From IMG/VR virus record IMGVR_UViG_3300021960_006131, positions 1 to 64,000 of that record: DNA of 64,000 nt, one strand, 5' to 3'. The notes under the pieces were generated by a model. That model saw only the letters and a list, made by a program, of their open reading frames with translations, did not search any database and had not been told where the DNA came from. The position numbers and the translations under genes are program-made. Below are positions 16,183-25,538 of the stretch, piece after piece; position 1 is the stretch's first letter, and each line of letters starts with the position of its first letter. Source of the DNA: a virus.

Positions 16183-17505
16183 ATGGCCTCAATCGGATTC
16201 ATTGGGGTAGGCAAGTTAGGACAAGCCTGCGCCGAGATGGTCGCCGAGGTCCATGATGTTGTTGGTTATGATGTCAATCCAGTAGAGCCTGAAAACTTTA
16301 CAATGGTTGACAATATGGAAGATGCTGTAAAAGGACAAGACATTGTTTTTATCGCAGTACCTACTCCACATGATCCACAGTATGATGGAAAGGCACCTAC
16401 CAGCCATTTACCTAACAAGGACTTTGATTACACGATAGTTAAAGACATTCTTGAAAAAGTAAATGCTGTAGCGACCCAAGAACAATTAATAGTCCTTATA
16501 TCAACAGTACTTCCAGGTACTGTTAGAAGAGAATTTATTCCATTAATTACCAACACAAGATTTGTTTATAATCCATACTTAATTGCTATGGGCACAGTCA
16601 AGTGGGATATGGTTAATCCAGAAATGGTAATGATTGGAACAGAAGATGGAAGTGAAACAGGTGACGCAAAAGAACTTGTTGACTTCTACAAAACAATAAT
16701 GCAAAACAATCCTAAGTACATTATAGGTACATGGGACGAATGCGAATGTATTAAAGTTTTTTATAATACATTTATATCAGCAAAAGTAAGTTTAGTAAAT
16801 ATGATACAAGATGTTGCAGAAAAACAGGGCAACATCAATGCAGAAGTTGTATGTGATGCACTTGCAAACTCAGACAGACGTATTATGGGACCAGGTTATA
16901 TGAAGCCAGGTATGGGCGATGGTGGTGCATGTCACCCTAGAGATAATATTGCCTTACGTTATATGGCAGAAAATTTAGACTTAGGTTATGATTTGTTTGA
17001 TGCTGTGATGCTTTCTAGAGAAGTACAAGCAGAAAACATGGCAAAACGTCTAATGGAACTTGCAGGTGGTCAACACCCAGTATATGGATTAGTACCAGAC
17101 AAGCCTATTATTATTGTAGGTAAAGCATACAAGCCACTTGTACCGTATGAAACAGGCTCTAGCAGTATGCTTGTTGGACATTACATTGAAAAAGCAGGAT
17201 TTGAATTATATTACTACGACGAACAAACAGGCGACATGCCTCCGTCGGAAGTATTAGATAGTCCTGCTGTTTATCTTTTAGCACATAACCCAGAAGTCAC
17301 ATATGGCGATCAATTAGACACAGTACCAAGTTGGTATGGTGAACATAATGTCACAGATTGCGACGAAGCATTAAGTGTTAAGACAGGCAATGGTTCAGAA
17401 CTTAGTTTTGCTATCAATAGTACAGTAGTAGACCCATGGAGAAAGACACCCGACATTGAAGGTGTTACAGTCATCCACTACGGGAATACTAGAGGAGCAA
17501 AATGA
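16183..17505 (+). CDS. UDP-glucose/GDP-mannose dehydrogenase family protein
   Basis: 'GFIGVGKLG', 'IAVPTP', 'STVLPGT', 'K...NTF...K.S..N', catalytic 'GDGGACHPRD'. Confidence 0.92.
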   Translation: MASIGFIGVGKLGQACAEMVAEVHDVVGYDVNPVEPENFTMVDNMEDAVKGQDIVFIAVPTPHDPQYDGKAPTSHLPNKDFDYTIVKDILEKVNAVATQEQLIVLISTVLPGTVRREFIPLITNTRFVYNPYLIAMGTVKWDMVNPEMVMIGTEDGSETGDAKELVDFYKTIMQNNPKYIIGTWDECECIKVFYNTFISAKVSLVNMIQDVAEKQGNINAEVVCDALANSDRRIMGPGYMKPGMGDGGACHPRDNIALRYMAENLDLGYDLFDAVMLSREVQAENMAKRLMELAGGQHPVYGLVPDKPIIIVGKAYKPLVPYETGSSSMLVGHYIEKAGFELYYYDEQTGDMPPSEVLDSPAVYLLAHNPEVTYGDQLDTVPSWYGEHNVTDCDEALSVKTGNGSELSFAINSTVVDPWRKTPDIEGVTVIHYGNTRGAK

Positions 17506-18293
17506 ACATAGATCAACAAATACTTGATCACATATTCCATAAGTGGGGTAGTGACAGTGAAAAACTTGCTTTGAATGAGCAATATCGCTATACCCCTCCC
17601 TACCCTACTTTGGCTTTAGATGATTTTATACCATACAATGTAGCAAAACTGCTTTACGAAGAAAGCCAAACAATACCTAAAAAGTATTGGACCACGTTTA
17701 CAAGAGCAGACAGTTACATGGAAGAGTGCAAAGACTTAACTGAGGCACCAGTTGCCAGAGGAGTTGTTAGTGCTTTACATAGCAGAGAGTTTCTCACGTG
17801 GTTAAGTCAAGTATGTGACGTACAACATTTATTACCAGATCCTTATTTAGTAGGTGCTGGGTATATGAAAAGTTACAAAGGTGATAGTTTGAAAATACAT
17901 TCTGACTTTAACTGGAATGAAGAATGTCAAACACACAGAGCATTAAGTTTAATATTATATTTTACACCTGACTGGGACGAAGCATGGCACGGTGACTTAC
18001 AATTTTGGGATTTTGAAAAAACAGAAAAAGTAGTCAGTTACCCTCCTAAGATGGGTAATGTGGTTGTGTGGAAATATCACAAACGTGGTTTCCATGGACA
18101 TCCAAATCCAATTGAATGCCCTGAAGATAAATTTAGAGTAGGCTTTAGAACATTTTATTATATATCAGACAGTAAACACGATTGGAGAGATCCACCACAC
18201 AAAAGTTTATATTGGTATGACAAAGAAAAGAATCAACCATACCATTTAGAAAATGAATACGGACACGGTAAACTAAAAGACGATGACAAATAA
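17502..18293 (+). CDS. 2OG-Fe(II) oxygenase
   Basis: HxD 'IHSDFN', 'LILYF..DW...WHGDL', distal 'FHGH', basic 'FR'. Confidence 0.85.
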   Translation: MNIDQQILDHIFHKWGSDSEKLALNEQYRYTPPYPTLALDDFIPYNVAKLLYEESQTIPKKYWTTFTRADSYMEECKDLTEAPVARGVVSALHSREFLTWLSQVCDVQHLLPDPYLVGAGYMKSYKGDSLKIHSDFNWNEECQTHRALSLILYFTPDWDEAWHGDLQFWDFEKTEKVVSYPPKMGNVVVWKYHKRGFHGHPNPIECPEDKFRVGFRTFYYISDSKHDWRDPPHKSLYWYDKEKNQPYHLENEYGHGKLKDDDK

Positions 18294-19209
18294 TTACAAG
18301 TATCAAGGTCCGCTTAATGGCGGTTATGCTATACAGGACAAAGCCATTACATGGGAATTAAGAGACTTTTGTGAAAGCACATACGAGTGGCGAGACTTCT
18401 TTGCCGCTGATGGTGTTACAGATCACAGAGAAAAGTTTATCGAACGTTTTGGTAGATGGATTCGCAGTAGTGAATTAAATACCATCGACGGATTAGATGC
18501 TTTCTCTCATGTTACTCAAACTAATGGTACTAGTGAAGCATTCAGTATGTTTATGCAACGTCATATAGACAAGAACTTTAAATTTTTTAAAGGCGACTTT
18601 ATGATGCACAAAGTTGCTTGTAATAATATGAATGCTAACTGGGAATGGATTTACAATTACGGACAGATTAAAAAAGGCGATGCAGTAATTATCAGTTGTC
18701 CTTTTAGTGACACAGGCAGATTAAAAGAAGACATGCACGAGTTGTTAGAATGGTGCACAATTAATAACGTACCAGTACTAATAGATATGGCGTACTTTGG
18801 AATGTGCTATGGAATAGATATAGACGTAGACAAGCCATGTGTTGAAGAAGTTACTTTTAGTTTAGGAAAAACATTTCCTATTATAGGTGCTAGAGCAGGC
18901 ATACGTTTACAACGTACGGAAATAGATGATGCTGTGTTATTTGCTAACCAACACGGTATAGTAAATAACTTTGGTGCAATGATAGGCGAGTTTGCCATGA
19001 GTGCTTGGGGACCAGACTATATACCTAACAAGTACATGAAAATGCAATGGGTAGTTTGCAATAAATTAAAATTAAAACCAACCAATTGTATTATATTTGC
19101 ACAGAGCAATCACAATGAACATCAGAAATTTAATAGAGGCAATGACTTAACAAGGCTCTGTATATCAAAATTACTAGTAGAGGAATATGAACGAACCAAA
19201 GCATTGTAG
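18283..19209 (+). CDS. PLP-dependent (fold type I) aminotransferase-like enzyme
   Basis: 'NGTSEAF', 'ISCPFSDTG', 'IDMAY', 'FSLGKTF...GARAG'. Confidence 0.75.
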   Translation: MTNNYKYQGPLNGGYAIQDKAITWELRDFCESTYEWRDFFAADGVTDHREKFIERFGRWIRSSELNTIDGLDAFSHVTQTNGTSEAFSMFMQRHIDKNFKFFKGDFMMHKVACNNMNANWEWIYNYGQIKKGDAVIISCPFSDTGRLKEDMHELLEWCTINNVPVLIDMAYFGMCYGIDIDVDKPCVEEVTFSLGKTFPIIGARAGIRLQRTEIDDAVLFANQHGIVNNFGAMIGEFAMSAWGPDYIPNKYMKMQWVVCNKLKLKPTNCIIFAQSNHNEHQKFNRGNDLTRLCISKLLVEEYERTKAL

Positions 19210-20413
19210 TTTACTGTGGACACACCTCAGTAACGAACCAGGCGGAACTTGTAGAAGTTGCTGTATTGCTCGTGAAAGAATTTCACGACCAGATGGTTCA
19301 GACTACACGTTAGGCGAAGATTCAATAAGGGACATTTTTCATAGTGATTATATGAAAAATTTAAGGCAGGAAATTCGCGAAGGCAAGACGCCGGAGAATT
19401 GTGCTACATGTTGGATAGATGAAGACAATGGTAAAGAGTCTAAGCGACAGTTATACAACGGATACGCAGAATGGAGATACCCAGATGGAATAGATTACGA
19501 GGCTGAACCCGATATGCCGCGGGACTATCAACTTATATTAGGAAACGCATGTAATTTGAAATGTAGAACTTGTAATGCAAATTACAGCAGTAAATGGAGA
19601 AAAGAATCTATAGATAGAAACATAGAATTTTGGGAACCACCCTCTAAGATAGATTTACACGACTTAGAACAATCTCAGTTTTGGCTAGACATAGAGGATT
19701 GGTTACCCCATGTTAGAGTTTTAGAAATAATGGGTGGCGAGCCTTTCTATATGAAAGAGTTTCGCAAACTCATTGACAAGTTAGTGGACATGGGAGTAAG
19801 CAAAAATATAATGATTACTCTCAGCACTAACGGCACATTCTACAATGACAAACTAATAGATAAAATTGTAGGCAACTTTGAGAACTTAGGGTTCAACATA
19901 AGTTTAGATGGCATAGAGCAAAAGTTTGATTATCTACGCCATGGTGATAGTTGGAATAATGTAGTAGAGAACTTAGATAAGTTTTATAAGTTACACACAG
20001 AGCACGATCATGTTAATATAAATGTGACACATACTGTGAGTGTGTGGAATTTCTTTTATCTAAGAGAGTTTCATCATTATTTTGAAACAGTTTATCCTGA
20101 ATTTTTAATTTGGAATAACCTAGTACACTTTCCAGAATGGTGCGAAGCAAATGTTGTTCCGTCACCAGCAAAAGAACAAATTATAGATAAAGTACGCAAT
20201 CCTGAAAAATACGGTTTGCCTGCTTGGAAACAAACAAAGTATGATAAAGACATAGCACCGTTAGTTGCTCATGCTGGTACTGACAGCACAGAAGAACATT
20301 GGCAAAAATTTATAGAACAAGTCAATGCTGGTGATGTGTATAGGAGCGAAAGTTTTGAAGAAACATTTACAGAACTTTATAATGTAGTAAAGGGAGACAT
20401 GATAAGTATATAA
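19187..20413 (+). CDS. radical SAM enzyme with N-terminal Cys-rich (SPASM/Twitch-like) domain
   Basis: CNLKCRTC, GGEP, 'LSTNGT', 'ISLDG'; N-terminal C..LW.H / SCC / CATCW. Confidence 0.9.
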   Translation: MNEPKHCSLLWTHLSNEPGGTCRSCCIARERISRPDGSDYTLGEDSIRDIFHSDYMKNLRQEIREGKTPENCATCWIDEDNGKESKRQLYNGYAEWRYPDGIDYEAEPDMPRDYQLILGNACNLKCRTCNANYSSKWRKESIDRNIEFWEPPSKIDLHDLEQSQFWLDIEDWLPHVRVLEIMGGEPFYMKEFRKLIDKLVDMGVSKNIMITLSTNGTFYNDKLIDKIVGNFENLGFNISLDGIEQKFDYLRHGDSWNNVVENLDKFYKLHTEHDHVNINVTHTVSVWNFFYLREFHHYFETVYPEFLIWNNLVHFPEWCEANVVPSPAKEQIIDKVRNPEKYGLPAWKQTKYDKDIAPLVAHAGTDSTEEHWQKFIEQVNAGDVYRSESFEETFTELYNVVKGDMISI

Positions 20414-20414
20414 C

Positions 20415-20597
20415 ATGGCAAAGAATAGTAAAAGCAAACCAGAGATAGGAGATCGCATAGAACACACTTGTAGTCTTAATGGCAAATTTGAAGGCAAGGT
20501 TGTAGAACTATTAGCAATGCAATTTGTATATGAGACTAAAGAAGGTCATCGTAGATTTTGCTTGTTTAGAGAATTATGGAAAAAGATAGATGAATAA
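20415..20597 (+). CDS. 60-aa hypothetical protein
   Basis: ORF track; ATAAGTA box 6 nt before ATG. Confidence 0.65.
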   Translation: MAKNSKSKPEIGDRIEHTCSLNGKFEGKVVELLAMQFVYETKEGHRRFCLFRELWKKIDE

Positions 20598-20757
20598 GAA
20601 AAAGAAAAAAGAATTTGATATGTCTGACCTGGGCGGTATCAGAGATGAATGGAAAAATGTTAATTGGGATCTCGTACAACGTATGCGATTTATGAATGCT
20701 GATGCAGAAATAGATCCAGCAGATGGTTACGAATTAAAAAAGAGTGATGAAGACTAG
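20590..20757 (+). CDS. 55-aa hypothetical peptide, not in ORF track
   Basis: MNKKKKKEFDMSDLGGIRDEWKNVNWDL...KKSDED*; fills the gap and overlaps both neighbours. Confidence 0.55.
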   Translation: MNKKKKKEFDMSDLGGIRDEWKNVNWDLVQRMRFMNADAEIDPADGYELKKSDED

Positions 20758-21193
20758 ATATTACATATTAGCAGGTATAGTTTACACATTGCTTATAGGC
20801 TTTACTGCAAGTTCAATTCAACAAAGAATTACAAGTGAAGCAATTAAAGACCAATGTTTTATAGATGGCTGTACAAAAGTATATGAATTCACAGGTGAAG
20901 TCGGTGGCGAGGAATGGGAAGAACTAATTGTTATTGCCGAAGAGGCCCAAGAAGAAGCAGAGATGTGGAAAGCCGATGCTGAAGCAAAATGGGAAAGTGA
21001 AGGAAATCCGTACTACAAAGCAGGTAGTGAATCAGATGCTGACGCATACATAAATTTATTTTTTATGTTATCAGATCCAATCAATTGGGTATTCACATTG
21101 ATAATTGCTACATTTATAGCAGGTTTCTATCTAGCATTTTACAGTTGTAAACTTTGGATAGAAAGATATTTTAAAGGAAACGATGATGAGTAA
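20744..21193 (+). CDS. membrane protein with two predicted hydrophobic segments
   Basis: 'YYILAGIVYTLLIGFTA' and 'WVFTLIIATFIAGFYLAFY'. Confidence 0.7.
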   Translation: MMKTRYYILAGIVYTLLIGFTASSIQQRITSEAIKDQCFIDGCTKVYEFTGEVGGEEWEELIVIAEEAQEEAEMWKADAEAKWESEGNPYYKAGSESDADAYINLFFMLSDPINWVFTLIIATFIAGFYLAFYSCKLWIERYFKGNDDE

Positions 21194-22403
21194 AACATAC
21201 TGCCCATTACCGTTCACGCATTTAGCAACACACCCACATGGCGGGTGTACATTATGCTGTATAAGTGATCACAAAAATGGAGCAAGTAGAAGTAAAAATT
21301 ATAGAGAAGACGGTGGTAATGAATGGTTAGACTTAAATAACCATAGTATAAACGACATTATGAATTCTGACTACTACAAAGAAGTTAGATTGCAAATGTT
21401 AAACGATGAAGAACCAGCCGCATGTACAAGGTGTTATGATGAAGAAAGAAAAGGTATTACCAGTAAACGTCAGTCAGAGTCCGAGGTATTTACGCACTTC
21501 GGCCCCGATAGAGCAAAAGAACTTACTAGAGAAGACGGCCATATTGATTTGGATCTTCGTTTTGTTGAACTTCGTCTTGGTAATCTGTGTAACGTCAGGT
21601 GTCGTACTTGTAATCCAGCAAGTTCATCTCAGTGGCGTAATGATTATAAAAAAATTGAAGCAACTTTGGACTTCGTTACGAAATATGGTAACATAGACAA
21701 AGATGAATACAAGTGGCCTGAGGAAGATGCTTTTTGGGAAGACTTATTTTATTCAGCACCCAATTTAGAATTAGTATATATCAATGGCGGCGAGCCAACA
21801 CTAATTAAAAAGCATTGGGAATATTTAGAAAAATTAATAGCGGCCGATAGAGCAAAGAATATGACTCTATGGTATAATATTAACATGACAAACTTACCAG
21901 ATAAAACTTTTGATATCTGGAAACAGTTTGGCAAAATACAAGTTAGTGCTAGTATAGATGATATAGCAGAACGTAATTATTATATTAGACACCCAAGCAA
22001 TTGGGAAGATGTCACAAATCACTTACAGCAAATAATGGCAGAAAATTGGATAGAAACCAGTATATGTCAAACTATAAGTGCATATAACTATCCTTACTTA
22101 GGAGAGTTTCATAATTGGGCAACTAAAGAATTAGGATTACATGTACATTTAAACTATGTATACGATCCTTCTTTCCTTAGTCCTAAAGTTATACACCCAG
22201 AAGCAAGAGCACAGATACACTCACAGTTTAGAAAAGACTTTGGTAATCATCATGCCCTAGGAAATTTATTGTCTATGTTTGACAATGATGATTGGGACGA
22301 AGATGGTTGGAAAAAGTTTAAAGTCTACAATGACAGACTCGATCTAATTAGAGAACAAGACTGGCGAGAAGTGTTTCCTAGATTAGTCGAGTTATGTGAA
22401 TGA
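21183..22403 (+). CDS. radical SAM enzyme with N-terminal SPASM/Twitch-like domain
   Basis: CNVRCRTC, GGEP, 'ASID'; N-terminal CPLPFTH / LCC / CTRCY. Confidence 0.9.
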   Translation: MMSKTYCPLPFTHLATHPHGGCTLCCISDHKNGASRSKNYREDGGNEWLDLNNHSINDIMNSDYYKEVRLQMLNDEEPAACTRCYDEERKGITSKRQSESEVFTHFGPDRAKELTREDGHIDLDLRFVELRLGNLCNVRCRTCNPASSSQWRNDYKKIEATLDFVTKYGNIDKDEYKWPEEDAFWEDLFYSAPNLELVYINGGEPTLIKKHWEYLEKLIAADRAKNMTLWYNINMTNLPDKTFDIWKQFGKIQVSASIDDIAERNYYIRHPSNWEDVTNHLQQIMAENWIETSICQTISAYNYPYLGEFHNWATKELGLHVHLNYVYDPSFLSPKVIHPEARAQIHSQFRKDFGNHHALGNLLSMFDNDDWDEDGWKKFKVYNDRLDLIREQDWREVFPRLVELCE

Positions 22404-23779
22404 AAGTAGCAGTACACCAAAACGATCCTACAAAAAAAATCAACGAAGAATTACAACTTAACTTCTTTAAAGAAGATTCTGTTTTTATGCAACTTTGTTG
22501 GAATAGAATTATACACCAACGAACACATAGTTACTTAAAAGAACTTAACGAAGATATGATAACTATGAATGTATATGATGCAGACAAAAAAGGTCTTGTT
22601 CCTTTTGAAATAATAGAAGAAAGTGATACCAGCAAGATAAGAGAATATGATGTTTTTGTAATTCATCCGAGTGCATTAGCAAGATTGGATACTAAAGAGA
22701 TAGAGCATTTAGTTAATAGCAGAAAAACTCGTGTAGTATTAGACTACTTGTTTGAGGCAGAAATAGATACTTATATGCCTCTTATAACAACAATAAAAGA
22801 CTATATTGGTACACCTGATAACTGGATGTTGCTTGTAGGTGGCGACATTGTGTCTAGTGACGAGAATCTACTACGGCAGTTTAAAGAAAAAACTTCAGTA
22901 GACTTAGGATTTTTTAATTACTTTAGAATTAACGAAGCATGTATTGGTAAAGAAAAATTACGTGACGGAAAGTATAGCATAGATACTATACAGAAAAATT
23001 TTAGAGCACAAAAAAAATATGATTGTTTGTGTTTAAATCTTAAACCAAGATTTCATAGAATAGCATTAATTAAATGGCTGAAAGAAAGAGGAATGATTGA
23101 TAGAAATCTTGTTACTGCTAGATGGGGATATCAACAACCAACAAAACGTGGAGACGAGTTTTATGAAATTAAACATTCGCATGGATTTTTCCAAGAATTA
23201 GAATCAGGCGACTATTCAGAGAGGCTTAGGCGAGAGTGTGCATTTTATAACGAAACACCTGAAACATTACTACAATTTGTTAAAGAAAATACAGAAGAAT
23301 TAATTATTCCTGTTATGCAAGACATCTATCAAAAAAGCGACGACAGATCATTTGTTAATGATGTATATAAAGATACATATTATTCTTTAGTAACCGAAAC
23401 ATATTACGATGATGAATTTATTAATCAATTACCAGACATGCCAGAGGAATACAATCACAATTTAAAGAGAGCCTTTGTTACTGAAAAAACATATAAGCCA
23501 CTAATGTATGGCCACCCTTATATGGTAATTGGAAATATAGATACAAACACAGTTTTAAAAAATCAAGGATTTGAAACATTTGATAAAGAGTTTGAATTTG
23601 AATACGACACACTAAATGATAGGAATAGATATAACACAATATTAAGTAATGCTATGACATTTGATTATGAAAAATTTGATTACCATACACTAGGTAAAAT
23701 TGTACATAACTTTCATAACTTTTATGATAATAGAAAATTACTAGAACACATGGATACACTATGGAAAATAATACAGTAA
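22400..23779 (+). CDS. glycosyltransferase-like protein (GT10/fucosyltransferase-like C-terminal motif)
   Basis: 'CLCLN.KPRFHR', 'SLVTET', 'FVTEKTYKPLMYGHP', 'GFETF'; paralog of next gene. Confidence 0.5.
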   Translation: MKVAVHQNDPTKKINEELQLNFFKEDSVFMQLCWNRIIHQRTHSYLKELNEDMITMNVYDADKKGLVPFEIIEESDTSKIREYDVFVIHPSALARLDTKEIEHLVNSRKTRVVLDYLFEAEIDTYMPLITTIKDYIGTPDNWMLLVGGDIVSSDENLLRQFKEKTSVDLGFFNYFRINEACIGKEKLRDGKYSIDTIQKNFRAQKKYDCLCLNLKPRFHRIALIKWLKERGMIDRNLVTARWGYQQPTKRGDEFYEIKHSHGFFQELESGDYSERLRRECAFYNETPETLLQFVKENTEELIIPVMQDIYQKSDDRSFVNDVYKDTYYSLVTETYYDDEFINQLPDMPEEYNHNLKRAFVTEKTYKPLMYGHPYMVIGNIDTNTVLKNQGFETFDKEFEFEYDTLNDRNRYNTILSNAMTFDYEKFDYHTLGKIVHNFHNFYDNRKLLEHMDTLWKIIQ

Positions 23780-25344
23780 AATTTGTAAACATAACAGGTG
23801 ATGCAATATTAGACTATAAATCACAACATCCAGAAGAAATGTATCCGCCTACACATATTTTTCCTTACACTGACCCAGGACCAGACGCATCAACTAATGA
23901 ATACAAAAATTTTGATTTTGATGTAGAAACTGGAAACGGATTTAAACGTTATAAGTTAGACTGGCAAAATGCTTATATGATAGAGCAATGGGATAGTCAA
24001 CATTTTGCACATGAGCAAGATGGTGTATTTAAAGAATTTTTAAAACACGACATGAAAGTTGAATCGATCATGGATGGTTCGTTAATAGGAAATATTGAAA
24101 ATTATATAACCAGTCAAGATGATACTATAATTTTTATTCTACATAGACTATACTCGTATTCATTACCTTATAGTTTTTGGCGTAAGTGCCATGACAAAGG
24201 TATAAAGGTTGCAATAGATAATTCCTTTGAAGCAGAAACATATAGTTTGCACAAATTATTTTTCTGGCTACACAGTTGTTTTGAAGATACAAGTTTTGTA
24301 AAATTACTAACATCGCAATTTGATAATAATTTGCCTAAGAATTATAAAACAATTAAACAGCAAATTAAAGAGCACTTTGGTATAGATTTTATTGAAATAG
24401 ATTTTTTTATATTACACGAACAGAATAATAAAATTGCTTCAACATCTACTAATAGCAGTCCATTAGAATATGCCACATTTGAACCAGACAAAATATATGT
24501 AGACAATAAACCTAAAAAGTTTTTGTGCTTGAATAATTATATGAAAGAGCATCGCTTCTTTATACTAAATTATCTAGTTAATAACTTTGATAGCAATGGA
24601 AACAGATTGATTGATAATTGTATTGCCAGTGCAAGATTTTCATTAGACCCAAACAAGCCATTTTACAACCATGGCGTTGATAGAACTGACTTTGAGAATT
24701 TAAACTTTCAATCAGAAATTATATTAGGCGAAAGTCTCAAGCAAGAAGAATTTAATAAAACAAGCGAGTACTTACCTATCATACTAGATGATGATTTAGA
24801 GGATAACAAACATGCTGTCAATCCAGACTTATTTAACAATGACAATAGTTCACAATACGAATTTAGAGATAGATGGATAAACTGGAAATGGTATGCAGAT
24901 ACTGAAATAAGTTTAGTTACGGAAAGTAGTTATACTGCCAATCTTGTTTTACAAAAAGGCATATTTCATCAATATATACCTAAAAGTGATGGGTATCCAT
25001 ACTATGATCAAATACCACAAGAGATAGGATTTATAACAGAAAAAACATTAAAGCCTATCATGTACGGTCACCCATTTTTACTAATTACACACCCTGGTAC
25101 ATTAAGACATCTAAGAAGTATAGGGTTTGAAACTTTTCCAGAATGGTTTGATGAAAGTTACGACGAAATTGAACTAGATGACGAAAGATTTAAATCAATT
25201 AAAAAACAAGTAACACACATTGCTAATACTACTTTACACATTGAAGCAATCAAAGACAAGTTAGAACACAATAGACAACTGTTCTTTAATGCAAAAACCT
25301 GTGCTGGGATATACGATAAATTAATAGATGACATATTAAAATAG
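23761..25344 (+). CDS. glycosyltransferase-like protein, paralog of 22400-23779
   Basis: 'FLCLNN..KEHR', 'SLVTES', 'FITEKTLKPIMYGHPF', 'GFETF..WFDESYD'. Confidence 0.5.
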   Translation: MENNTVKFVNITGDAILDYKSQHPEEMYPPTHIFPYTDPGPDASTNEYKNFDFDVETGNGFKRYKLDWQNAYMIEQWDSQHFAHEQDGVFKEFLKHDMKVESIMDGSLIGNIENYITSQDDTIIFILHRLYSYSLPYSFWRKCHDKGIKVAIDNSFEAETYSLHKLFFWLHSCFEDTSFVKLLTSQFDNNLPKNYKTIKQQIKEHFGIDFIEIDFFILHEQNNKIASTSTNSSPLEYATFEPDKIYVDNKPKKFLCLNNYMKEHRFFILNYLVNNFDSNGNRLIDNCIASARFSLDPNKPFYNHGVDRTDFENLNFQSEIILGESLKQEEFNKTSEYLPIILDDDLEDNKHAVNPDLFNNDNSSQYEFRDRWINWKWYADTEISLVTESSYTANLVLQKGIFHQYIPKSDGYPYYDQIPQEIGFITEKTLKPIMYGHPFLLITHPGTLRHLRSIGFETFPEWFDESYDEIELDDERFKSIKKQVTHIANTTLHIEAIKDKLEHNRQLFFNAKTCAGIYDKLIDDILK

Positions 25345-25345
25345 C

Positions 25346-25352
25346 ATAAATA
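25346..25352 (+). promoter_or_regulatory. late-type promoter ATAAATA, 5 nt before ATG
   Basis: ATAAATA-CTGTT-ATG(25358); no SD. Confidence 0.6.
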
Positions 25353-25357
25353 CTGTT

Positions 25358-25534
25358 ATGAACGATTACAAGAAAACACAGAAAGAACTCACAGAACTTA
25401 ATCATGACGGTAACGAGGATCGTGGACGCGAAGGCGAAGATATTTCCGAAGATGCACAACTGTCTGAAAAAGAAAAGTTAATACAAAAGAAACTAGAAGA
25501 ATTGAGAAAAAGAGACCCTTTTATTTACAGATAA
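25358..25534 (+). CDS. 58-aa charged peptide ending RKRDPFIYR, not in ORF track
   Basis: Fills the gap between a late box and the carbamoyltransferase. Confidence 0.7.
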   Translation: MNDYKKTQKELTELNHDGNEDRGREGEDISEDAQLSEKEKLIQKKLEELRKRDPFIYR

Positions 25535-25538
25535 TAAA

